From Candidatus Omnitrophota bacterium (GTDB lineage Bacteria; Omnitrophota; Gorgyraeia; Zapsychrales; Fredricksoniimonadaceae), in the NCBI GenBank assembly GCA_023247575.1, contig JAHFGE010000003.1, positions 24,940 through 66,597 on the forward strand: a stretch of DNA of 41,658 nucleotides, in the 5' to 3' direction. A program made the position numbers and the translations under genes. A model generated the notes under the pieces. It was not told where the DNA came from, made no database searches, and was given only the letters and a program-made list of their open reading frames with translations. This document shows positions 17,662-24,671 of this stretch, piece by piece; position 1 is the stretch's first letter, and each line of letters opens with the position of its first letter.

Positions 17662-18333
17662 ATGCGTCCCCAAGGCGTTCCTATACTGAAGATTAAATTT
17701 ACAGGAAAGGTTCTATCTACAAAATCGAAGAAAACCGAAGATGATATTATTTCGAAAATAGAAAGATTTATGGAAGTTGATTTAATTGAGAGTATGAAAT
17801 CCGTTACAGACTACTACCAGGGAAACCGCGAAGAAGCAAAGGTCGAAATGACATGGTATCTTTTTGATCTGTTATTTGAGATATTTAAAGTGGATGGAAT
17901 CGGAGGATTAAATTCAGCTTGGTTTACGATCAAGCATTCTGGCTCTATACGATCAATCGAAGATACAGCGATGAATGCTTCGCAAGAACCATTTGGTACT
18001 GTAATTGCTCAAGGACATACAGAGACACGTCGCCAAGGCGGTATCGACTTGACCGCCAACAAAACGCCTTTGGAAATTAAATATGGTAGCCCTTCGACTC
18101 GCCCTGACGGGCTCGCTCAGGGTGAACCTTTCAGGTTCAACCCCGCCATGTCCGCCACCCCATCAAATCGGGGTGGCGAGACCTCGCCAGGCCTTGAGCC
18201 TGGCGGGCTCCAGCAGTTGCAGAATGCCCCTGGTTTTGTGCCGGTGATTATTAATATTCAGGAGATGACAAATTTAAGTGAATTTCTTGGCCTGCCGAAA
18301 GAAAATCGTACGGTACTCACAACAAGCAGCTAG
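17662..18333 (+). CDS. hypothetical protein with conserved C-terminal GGIDL...LQQLQNAPGFVPVIINIQ module, interrupted by two repeat insertions
   Basis: The open frame runs 17611-18333. I prefer the ATG at 17662 (MRPQGVPILKIKF..) because the 17611 start would translate the poly-G tract as Gly5. The C-terminal motif is one I recall from uncultured-bacterium hypothetical proteins; this is unverified. Confidence 0.5.
   Translation: MRPQGVPILKIKFTGKVLSTKSKKTEDDIISKIERFMEVDLIESMKSVTDYYQGNREEAKVEMTWYLFDLLFEIFKVDGIGGLNSAWFTIKHSGSIRSIEDTAMNASQEPFGTVIAQGHTETRRQGGIDLTANKTPLEIKYGSPSTRPDGLAQGEPFRFNPAMSATPSNRGGETSPGLEPGGLQQLQNAPGFVPVIINIQEMTNLSEFLGLPKENRTVLTTSS
18090..18128. repeat. palindromic dispersed repeat, copy D, in frame inside CDS
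   Basis: CCCTTCGACTCGCCCTGACGGGCTCGCTCAGGGTGAACC, translated as PSTRPDGLAQGEP. It forms the hairpin CGCCCTGA/TCAGGGTG. Confidence 0.65.
18151..18207. repeat. double GC-rich hairpin element in frame inside CDS
   Basis: CGCCACCCC-ATCAAATC-GGGGTGGCG has a 9-bp stem. It is followed by CGCCAGGC-CTTGA-GCCTGGCG with an 8-bp stem. The element is translated as SATPSNRGGETSPGLEPGG. Confidence 0.65.
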
Positions 18334-18400
18334 GAAAGTCTTGACGGATAAAATTAATGATGTTACATATAATGTAGTTTGAATAAGATAATAAGGGAGC

Positions 18401-18703
18401 GTGATGGCCAATTTTATTGATTTTGAATGGGATCCTGTTAAAGCCAGAGCAAATTACAAGAAGCATGGAGTATCATTTGAACGAGCAGCGACCGTATTTA
18501 ATGATCCAAGAGCAATTACTATTTATGATGATGAACATAGCACTGTGGAAGAAAGGTGGATTACCTTAGGATTGGATTACAGTGGTGGATTAACTGTGGT
18601 TTCTCATACGTATGCACGGGAAAGTGATCAGACGGTTAGAATAAGGATTATCTCGGCGAGAAAAGCAACGAAATTTGAAATTAAACAGTACAGGGAGATA
18701 TAA
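18401..18703 (+). CDS. brnT: BrnT family toxin (DUF497)
   Basis: FEWDPVKARANYKKHGVSFERAATVF.DP....YDDEHS..EERW..LG......L.VV.HT is the BrnT/DUF497 signature. The start is either GTG at 18401 or ATG at 18404, after the AAGGGAG RBS. Confidence 0.85.
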   Translation: MMANFIDFEWDPVKARANYKKHGVSFERAATVFNDPRAITIYDDEHSTVEERWITLGLDYSGGLTVVSHTYARESDQTVRIRIISARKATKFEIKQYREI

Positions 18704-18706
18704 GAT

Positions 18707-18901
18707 ATGAAAAAAGAATACGACTTTTCAAATGGGACAAGAGGCAAATTTTATAAGAAAGGCATCCAATTAAGGTTACCTATTTATTTAGATTTAGATT
18801 TACAACATAAGCTTGAATCGATGGCCAGTAAACGTCATAAGGCTTTGAATGAAATGGTATCCAACCTTTTGCGTAAAGAAATTCAGTTGGTAAGCAATTA
18901 G
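18707..18901 (+). CDS. brnA: BrnA-like antitoxin
   Basis: This 64-aa ORF starts 3 nt after brnT. It has the KKEYDFSNGTRGKFY motif typical of the small partners of BrnT, and a C-terminal RHH-like helix. Confidence 0.65.
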   Translation: MKKEYDFSNGTRGKFYKKGIQLRLPIYLDLDLQHKLESMASKRHKALNEMVSNLLRKEIQLVSN

Positions 18902-18935
18902 TAGGAAAATTAATCCTAATCTCTGTCAGAATTAA

Positions 18936-20258
18936 ATGAAAACCACCGTCGATTTCCAAAAAGAGCGTTTAAAAAACGCCGGTACCGCCGTTGGCGGGAT
19001 CGGCGTTATTAATTTAGGTTGCGCCCGCAATCTGGTCGATGCCCAGATGATGCTTGGCCGTTTAAAGAAGAACGGCCATCGCATTGTGGAGGTTGATCAG
19101 GCGGAGGTGGTCATCGTCAATACCTGCTCATTTATCGAGGATGCCCGCCAGGAATCGGTGGACACCATTTTGGACGTTATCGAACTTAAAAAACAAGGCA
19201 AAATCCAAAGAATAGTGGTGGCCGGCTGCCTGGCCCAGCGCTATGGCATGGAATTGGCCAAAGAGTTTAAAGAAGTTGATGCCTTCGTCGGTACTCCGAC
19301 CTTAAATCGGCAGGACAATCCTGCGCAAATTCAATTGACCCCTAGGCATTTTGCTTATGTAAAAATCTGCGAAAGCTGTTTTAACGCTTGTTCATTTTGC
19401 GCTATCCCTAAAATCAAGGGTAAATTTATTTCCCGCACCATGGAATCGATAGTCAAACAAGTGCAAGTCTTGGATGCGAAAGGTGTCAAAGAAATCAACA
19501 TCATTGGCCAAGACATCACCGCTTATGGAATGGATATTTATCGGCGCAAAGCTTTAGCCGAGTTACTCAAAGAACTGGTGAAGGTAACCAAGAATATTGG
19601 GTGGATTCGGCTTTTATACGCTTTTCCCGCCCATGTCACCGACGAGCTGATTGAAACAATTGCCGCTCAGGAGAAAATTTGTTCCTATATCGATATGCCC
19701 TTACAGCATATTAGTGATCACATTTTAAAGGAGCAGAATCGCAATATTACGACGGCGCAGACCTTTGACTTGATGCACAAAATCCGTCAAGCCATACCTC
19801 AGGGTTTCTTACGTACTACTTATATTGTGGGCTTGCCCGGAGAAACCGAAGAAGATTTCCAACAGTTAAGAGATTTTAACCGTCAAATGCGTTTTGAACG
19901 GGTGGGAGTGTTTATTTATTCTAAGGAAGAGGGGACAGCGGCCGCCACTATGCCGGGCCAAGTGCCTGAAAAAATTAAAAAGCAGCGTTTGGATTTACTC
20001 ATGCGGGACCAGCAGGAGATTTCCAAAGAAATCCAACAGTCGTTGGTGGGACGTAAATTAAAGGTATTGATTGAGGAAGAGGAAAAAAATGGTGACTTCG
20101 CCACCAAAGTTACATATATAGGGCGTAGTCAGTACGATGCTCCGGATGTAGATGGGTTAGTGTACGTACGCTCTTCTAAAGTTTTAAAGCCGGGGGATTT
20201 TGTGGACGTCTCTATTACTGACGCCTATGAATATGATTTAGCAGGGATAGCTTTATGA
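18936..20258 (+). CDS. rimO: ribosomal protein S12 methylthiotransferase RimO (radical SAM, MiaB family)
   Basis: It has an UPF0004 N-domain (INLGCARNLVDAQMMLG), the radical-SAM motif CFNACSFC (C-x3-C-x2-C) and a C-terminal TRAM domain (GRKLKVLIEE...). Confidence 0.88.
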   Translation: MKTTVDFQKERLKNAGTAVGGIGVINLGCARNLVDAQMMLGRLKKNGHRIVEVDQAEVVIVNTCSFIEDARQESVDTILDVIELKKQGKIQRIVVAGCLAQRYGMELAKEFKEVDAFVGTPTLNRQDNPAQIQLTPRHFAYVKICESCFNACSFCAIPKIKGKFISRTMESIVKQVQVLDAKGVKEINIIGQDITAYGMDIYRRKALAELLKELVKVTKNIGWIRLLYAFPAHVTDELIETIAAQEKICSYIDMPLQHISDHILKEQNRNITTAQTFDLMHKIRQAIPQGFLRTTYIVGLPGETEEDFQQLRDFNRQMRFERVGVFIYSKEEGTAAATMPGQVPEKIKKQRLDLLMRDQQEISKEIQQSLVGRKLKVLIEEEEKNGDFATKVTYIGRSQYDAPDVDGLVYVRSSKVLKPGDFVDVSITDAYEYDLAGIAL

Positions 20259-20827
20259 TTTGGCCCAATATATTGACAGTTTCGCGGATCGGATTTGCAG
20301 TGCTCTTGGTCTTTTTGCTGCTGCAAAATTCTCTGACGGGGAATATTTTGGCGATCATCGTGTTTACGCTAGCTTCTTTAACTGACTTTTACGACGGATA
20401 TTTGGCTAAAAAAAAGAGCACTATCAGCGATTTTGGTAAAATTATGGACCCTATTGCCGATAAAATTCTCATGTTATCGGTTTTTTTTGTGCTGGTGCAC
20501 CTCGGCATGGTGGCGCTTTGGATGGTCATTTTGATTGCTGCTCGTGAAATACTGGTTACCTTGGATCGTCTTTGGTGCACGTGCAGGGGGCAGGTTTTAG
20601 CTGCTGAAATGGCCGGTAAGATTAAAACCGTTTTTCAGATAATCACCGTCAGCTTGATTTTATTGTATTTGATATTGGACCAAGCGGCCTTTGCTAATAG
20701 TTGGTTTTATCAAATCCAAAAATTTTATCTTGGTTGGATTAATGTGTTTATGGTTATTACGGTATTGGTAACGGTAGTGAGCGGCGTAGCGTATTTTCAA
20801 AACCGCCTTAAGAGGCTTTCTTCATGA
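20255..20827 (+). CDS. pgsA: CDP-diacylglycerol--glycerol-3-phosphate 3-phosphatidyltransferase
   Basis: It carries the CDP-alcohol phosphatidyltransferase motif DFYDGYLAKK...GKIMDPIADK and NILTVSRI at the N-terminus. It has an ATGA overlap with rimO. Confidence 0.9.
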   Translation: MIWPNILTVSRIGFAVLLVFLLLQNSLTGNILAIIVFTLASLTDFYDGYLAKKKSTISDFGKIMDPIADKILMLSVFFVLVHLGMVALWMVILIAAREILVTLDRLWCTCRGQVLAAEMAGKIKTVFQIITVSLILLYLILDQAAFANSWFYQIQKFYLGWINVFMVITVLVTVVSGVAYFQNRLKRLSS

Positions 20828-21276
20828 AGTTCTGGGCGATTTTTTTAGCGACGTTCGGTGGAGTTGGATATTGCCCTGTTGCTCCTGGAACGGCGGCCAC
20901 CGCCGCAGGAATCGTGGTGGCGTTGATTTGTCAGGGCTCTCTTTTTCTTTATAGTGCGGTCACCGCAGTACTTTTTGTAGTGGGGGTACCTGCCTGCACT
21001 TATATGGAAAAGTTACTTGGGGTTAAAGATCCAGGCATGGCCTGTATTGATGAGGTGGTGGGAGTGCTCATTGCCCTTTGGAATCTGCCTTTGACCTGGC
21101 CGGTGCTAATCAGCGGATTTTTCTTGTTTCGGGCCTTGGATATGTTTAAAATATACCCTATTAATCGTTTAGAAGCCATTAGTGGTGGTATGGGTATTAT
21201 GCTTGATGATGAGATGGCTGGGCGTTATACGAACATAATCCTGCGTTTGGCATTAGGCTATGCAGGAATTTTTTAA
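20824..21276 (+). CDS. pgpA: phosphatidylglycerophosphatase A
   Basis: GGVGYCPVAPGTAATAAG, IDEVVG and FRALDMFKIYPI are PgpA family motifs. It has an ATGA overlap with pgsA. Confidence 0.85.
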   Translation: MKFWAIFLATFGGVGYCPVAPGTAATAAGIVVALICQGSLFLYSAVTAVLFVVGVPACTYMEKLLGVKDPGMACIDEVVGVLIALWNLPLTWPVLISGFFLFRALDMFKIYPINRLEAISGGMGIMLDDEMAGRYTNIILRLALGYAGIF

Positions 21277-21277
21277 C

Positions 21278-21335
21278 GTAGGGGCGATGCTTGTCATCGC
21301 CCGAAATATTGGGCGAACATGAGGTTCGTCCCTAC
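21278..21335. repeat. compound palindromic element GTAGGG-[GGGCGATG..CATCGCCC]-[GGGCGAAC..GTTCGTCC]-CTAC
   Basis: Two internal hairpins are bracketed by GTAGGG...CCCTAC. It starts 1 nt after the pgpA stop and is possibly a terminator. Confidence 0.7.
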
Positions 21336-21360
21336 TATGATTTAACAAGGAGGTAGTTAG

Positions 21361-22110
21361 ATGGATACATCAAATCCGACATTAAATGGCGGGATTTTCG
21401 CCAAAGCCAGAGCCGCGGTTGGTTCTGGTGGGACCATGACTGTTCAGGGAACAGTTAACAAAACGTTTATCCTGTTTGCGGTATTGTTATTGACCGCTGG
21501 CTGGAGCTGGAGCAATGCGTTTAGTCCAGAAAGAGCGCCACTAGTAGGCATTAGCCTTCTCGTTGGCTTGTTCGCTGGGCTGGTGTTGTGCTTTGCCACA
21601 GCGTTTAAGCCCAACTGGTCACCAGTGACAGCACCTTTGTATGCGGCCTGTGAAGGTGTGGTTTTGGGATCTATTTCCGTTTATTTTGAACGTTCTTATC
21701 CTGGTATTGTTGTTCAGGCCGTGGGATTAACCTTTGCGACGATGTTTGCCATGCTCATGGCTTATCGTACCGGCTGGATTCAAGCCACCGAGGGTTTCCG
21801 CCGTGGTTTAATGATTGCCATGATTGCCTTAATGGTTTTTTACGGCATTATATGGATTACCAGTTTGTTTGGTGTGCATCCGCCCAGCTTTATTAATGGC
21901 GGCGGCGCATTAGGAATTGGTTTTAGCCTTTTTGTAGTGGGATTGGCGGCGCTCAATTTGATTTTGGATTTTGATTTTATTGAACGCGCTTCTCAGGAAG
22001 GTTTGGAGAAATACATGGAGTGGTACGGTGCTTTTGCGCTGATGGTCACCTTAGTATGGTTGTATATGGAAATCTTAAGGTTGTTGTCTAAAATTAGTCG
22101 TCGCGATTGA
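21361..22110 (+). CDS. Bax inhibitor-1-like membrane protein (BaxI_1/COG4760 type)
   Basis: It has the N-terminus M.TSNPTL.., a soluble leader and then about 6-7 TM segments, ending in a charged tail. The AAGGAGG RBS is at 21348-21354. Confidence 0.75.
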   Translation: MDTSNPTLNGGIFAKARAAVGSGGTMTVQGTVNKTFILFAVLLLTAGWSWSNAFSPERAPLVGISLLVGLFAGLVLCFATAFKPNWSPVTAPLYAACEGVVLGSISVYFERSYPGIVVQAVGLTFATMFAMLMAYRTGWIQATEGFRRGLMIAMIALMVFYGIIWITSLFGVHPPSFINGGGALGIGFSLFVVGLAALNLILDFDFIERASQEGLEKYMEWYGAFALMVTLVWLYMEILRLLSKISRRD

Positions 22111-22114
22111 ATAT

Positions 22115-22138
22115 GTAGGGGGTACCCGCCTGCCCTAC
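22115..22138. repeat. GTAGGG...CCCTAC palindromic element
   Basis: GTAGGGGGTACCCGCCTGCCCTAC lies 4 nt after the BaxI-like stop. The outer stem is 6 bp and the inner GGGTACCC is a palindrome. Confidence 0.6.
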
Positions 22139-22172
22139 AAAGCCTACGGGACAAAAAATTTCACTTTCCATT

Positions 22173-22202
22173 TTGCATTTTGTTTTTCTTTGTTAATATA
22201 AT
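22173..22202 (+). promoter_or_regulatory. candidate sigma70-type promoter (TTGCAT-18 nt-TATAAT)
   Basis: The -35 TTGCAT is at 22173-22178 and the -10 TATAAT at 22197-22202, about 48 nt upstream of the ATG at 22250. The context is AT-rich, so this could arise by chance. Confidence 0.3.
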
Positions 22203-22249
22203 TCTACAAATAAAATTACCTAATCCAGAAATTAAGGGCGTAGTGCATT

Positions 22250-22825
22250 ATGACCCGTGATGAGATATATGACCATCTAGCAAAGGTGTATCTTGGCAAA
22301 CGGCAAAATGCCGCCGACCAAAAGAGGAAGAAAACTTTAAACCAATCATGGCTGGTTATCAATATTGCTATTACCACTGCCATTCTAATATCGACGGTAT
22401 ATGGCTTTACGGCTTTTTTAACCCATCGAGTGGTTCTTAAGAATGAAGTTTTCTATTCTCTCAACAATAATCCGATCCGTATTGTTTATGACCTTAATGA
22501 TCCTTTCCCGGCAACAAAAAATTTTTCTATTATCATTCCCCATAAGGACGTTTCTAAATACAATCGACTCAACCTAAGCATTCGTGGCATGAATGAAGCG
22601 TATCCCGGGGTTGTTAAAATAGTCGTCGGTAATCAGCTTAACGAAAAGGCCACCTATTTTATTAGAAATGTGGGAAACAATTGGCAGAAGGTTAGTATCC
22701 CATTGGAAAAATTGAATTTAACCGAGTGGAGTTCCGTGACAGATATTGCTTTTATACTTGAAGCCTGGAATCTAGACTTTAAAAAAGGTACTGTTTTGAT
22801 AGACGATATAAGTTTTTCGAATTAA
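22250..22825 (+). CDS. hypothetical single-pass membrane protein with C-terminal beta-sandwich (CBM/CIA30-like) domain
   Basis: It has a basic N-terminus (KRQNAADQKRKK), a TM segment (WLVINIAITTAILISTVYGFTAFL) and a C-terminus ending ..W..KGTVLIDDISFSN, reminiscent of carbohydrate-binding modules. No firm family can be assigned. Confidence 0.5.
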   Translation: MTRDEIYDHLAKVYLGKRQNAADQKRKKTLNQSWLVINIAITTAILISTVYGFTAFLTHRVVLKNEVFYSLNNNPIRIVYDLNDPFPATKNFSIIIPHKDVSKYNRLNLSIRGMNEAYPGVVKIVVGNQLNEKATYFIRNVGNNWQKVSIPLEKLNLTEWSSVTDIAFILEAWNLDFKKGTVLIDDISFSN

Positions 22826-22840
22826 TAAGAGGCTTTATTT

Positions 22841-23944
22841 ATGAAAATTATTTCCATAGCCAATCAAAAAGGGGGGTGTGGTAAAACAACAACAGCTATT
22901 AACTTAGCCTCCAGCCTTGGGTATCATGGCAAAAAAGTCCTTTTGATTGATCTGGATCCTCAGGCTCATGCCACGCTGGGTCTTAATGTTGATGAGAGCT
23001 ATAGCCTTTACAATGTTATTTCTAAATTAACTCCCCGTAAATTAGAAATTAAAAAAATTATTAAAACAGTTGATAAAAATTTTAATATTGTTCCTTCTAA
23101 CGTTTTGGTTGGCACTCTGGAACAAGAATTAGCCGATGAAATTGGCCGTGAATTGAAATTGGCTGAGATTATGGTGGAAATCAGGGATGACTATGATTAT
23201 ATCCTTATCGATTGCCCTCCCAGCCTAGGTTTTTTGACAGTCAATGCTATCCGTGCCAGCGATCAGGTGATTATTCCGGTGGAAACCAGTCGTTTTTCCC
23301 TGCAGGGGGTGGATCACTTAACAGACATCGTTAATCTTATTCGAGACCGTCTGAATCATCCGGTGCAAGAAAAGATTCTCGTTACCATGTTTGATTCCCG
23401 TTTGCGACATTCTTTTACCATGCTGGCCAAGATGAAAGAAAAATTTGGCAAACTTCTTTATGATACGATTGTGCATGTTAACGTCAAACTTAAAGAGGCA
23501 GCGGTGATGGGTGAGGCCGTTTTAACATATGACAAATACTGTCGCGGTGCGAAGGATTATTTAAGTTTGGCCAGTGAGATTCTTTTATTAGACAGGCCAA
23601 CCATCCCAACCCCGGGGGTTGAGGAGGTTTATAAGCCGACCCAACGTATGCAGGAGCTCGTGGCTCAAGAGACCAGTGAATTCATTGGTTTAGCTACTTT
23701 TGTTTTGAAAGCGCCCCAGGCTCAGTCGGTCTATGTCACCGGTTCCTTTAATGATTGGTCTTTGGATGAAAAATGCCGTATGATGAATAAGAAAGAGGTT
23801 TGGACCTTGAGCCTTCCGCTGAAGGCAGGTGTTTATAAATATCAGTTTATTGTTGATGGCAGGTGGCAGGAAGACCCTGAAAACAAAAAGACCGAACGCA
23901 ATTCCTTTGGAGATATTAATTCTCTTATTGAGGTTAAAGTTTAA
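22841..23944 (+). CDS. ParA/MinD-family ATPase fused to C-terminal CBM48 (AMPK-beta-like glycogen-binding) domain
   Basis: It has a deviant Walker A (IANQKGGCGKTTTAINLA), A' (VLLIDLDPQ) and Walker B (YDYILIDCPPSLG). The C-terminus VYVTGSFNDWS...LPLKAGVYKYQFIVDGRWQEDPEN...GDINSLIEV matches the GSFNxW / YxYKFxVDGxWxxDP hallmark of CBM48. Confidence 0.85.
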   Translation: MKIISIANQKGGCGKTTTAINLASSLGYHGKKVLLIDLDPQAHATLGLNVDESYSLYNVISKLTPRKLEIKKIIKTVDKNFNIVPSNVLVGTLEQELADEIGRELKLAEIMVEIRDDYDYILIDCPPSLGFLTVNAIRASDQVIIPVETSRFSLQGVDHLTDIVNLIRDRLNHPVQEKILVTMFDSRLRHSFTMLAKMKEKFGKLLYDTIVHVNVKLKEAAVMGEAVLTYDKYCRGAKDYLSLASEILLLDRPTIPTPGVEEVYKPTQRMQELVAQETSEFIGLATFVLKAPQAQSVYVTGSFNDWSLDEKCRMMNKKEVWTLSLPLKAGVYKYQFIVDGRWQEDPENKKTERNSFGDINSLIEVKV

Positions 23945-24261
23945 TGCCAGAAAGTTTTTCCAAGCAAGAAATTCTCGACGGTAAAATCTACGCACTTTTG
24001 GCTTATCTTTCCATTCTTTGCATTATTCCGCTGATTGTTAAAAAAGATAATCCTTTTGTTTTAGCTCACGGCAAACAAGGCCTAGTTCTTTTTATTGCCC
24101 AGACAGCGGTGTGGATTCTCAGCATTGTCATTCCGATGGTTTTGGCACCATTGATGTTTATCTTTATGCTCTTGTCTTTTTGCGGGCTTATTGCTGTTGT
24201 TAAGGGAGAATTTGTACGTCTTCCCGTTGTTGCTGATTGGGCGGATAAAATCTCCTTATAA
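23944..24261 (+). CDS. DUF4870-like small membrane protein
   Basis: ALLAYLSILCIIPLIVKKDNPFVLAHGKQGLVLFI fits the DUF4870 pattern (..iPli..kd..fv.fHakQ.l.l). It has 3 TM segments and a TAATG overlap with the ParA gene. Confidence 0.6.
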   Translation: MPESFSKQEILDGKIYALLAYLSILCIIPLIVKKDNPFVLAHGKQGLVLFIAQTAVWILSIVIPMVLAPLMFIFMLLSFCGLIAVVKGEFVRLPVVADWADKISL

Positions 24262-24263
24262 CT

Positions 24264-24668
24264 ATGTCAATCTTACGGAAGTTATCTGATGTCCTTCAAG
24301 AGGTTTTCTGGATAAAACCTTCTAAGAAAAAATTTTTGCGCAGTCGTAGAGCTCCAGCCAAGAAAGCGCCGAAAAAGAAATTCATAAAGCCGCGGCAGGG
24401 ACCGGCCCGTACACTACCTTTCAATTTAGTCAAAGTTGGTGAAATTACCCATTATTTTGATCGGATTAAGGTTTGTGTCATCAAGGTTACCCAGGGTACG
24501 ATATTGATTGGCGATAGATTGACCATCGTGGGGCCTAAAGTGCAGTTTATTCAGAAAGTATGGTCGATGCAAATTGAAAGTGAGGATGTCAAAGTAGCTA
24601 AAAAAGGTCAGCTCATTGGCCTTAAAATAGATAAGCCGGTGCGGGTTGGCGATATGGTTTATAAATAG
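24264..24668 (+). CDS. translation-elongation-factor-like (EF-Tu domain 2 barrel) small protein with highly basic N-terminal extension
   Basis: The C-terminal 80 aa (VGEITHYFDRIKVCVIKVT.G.ILIGDRL.I.G....F.Q.V.SMQIE.EDV..AKKGQLIGLK.D.PVRVGD.VYK) match the small EF-like beta-barrel family. Residues 18-49 (KPSKKKFLRSRRAPAKKAPKKKFIKPRQGPAR) contain 15 K/R out of 32. Confidence 0.65.
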   Translation: MSILRKLSDVLQEVFWIKPSKKKFLRSRRAPAKKAPKKKFIKPRQGPARTLPFNLVKVGEITHYFDRIKVCVIKVTQGTILIGDRLTIVGPKVQFIQKVWSMQIESEDVKVAKKGQLIGLKIDKPVRVGDMVYK

Positions 24669-24671
24669 AAT

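Noticed and set aside
18341-18373. TTGACG ... TATAAT upstream of brnT as a promoter.
   Set aside because: The spacer is 21 nt, outside the usual 16-18 nt range. Only a weak 5-bp inverted repeat (TACAT-ATA-ATGTA) is present.
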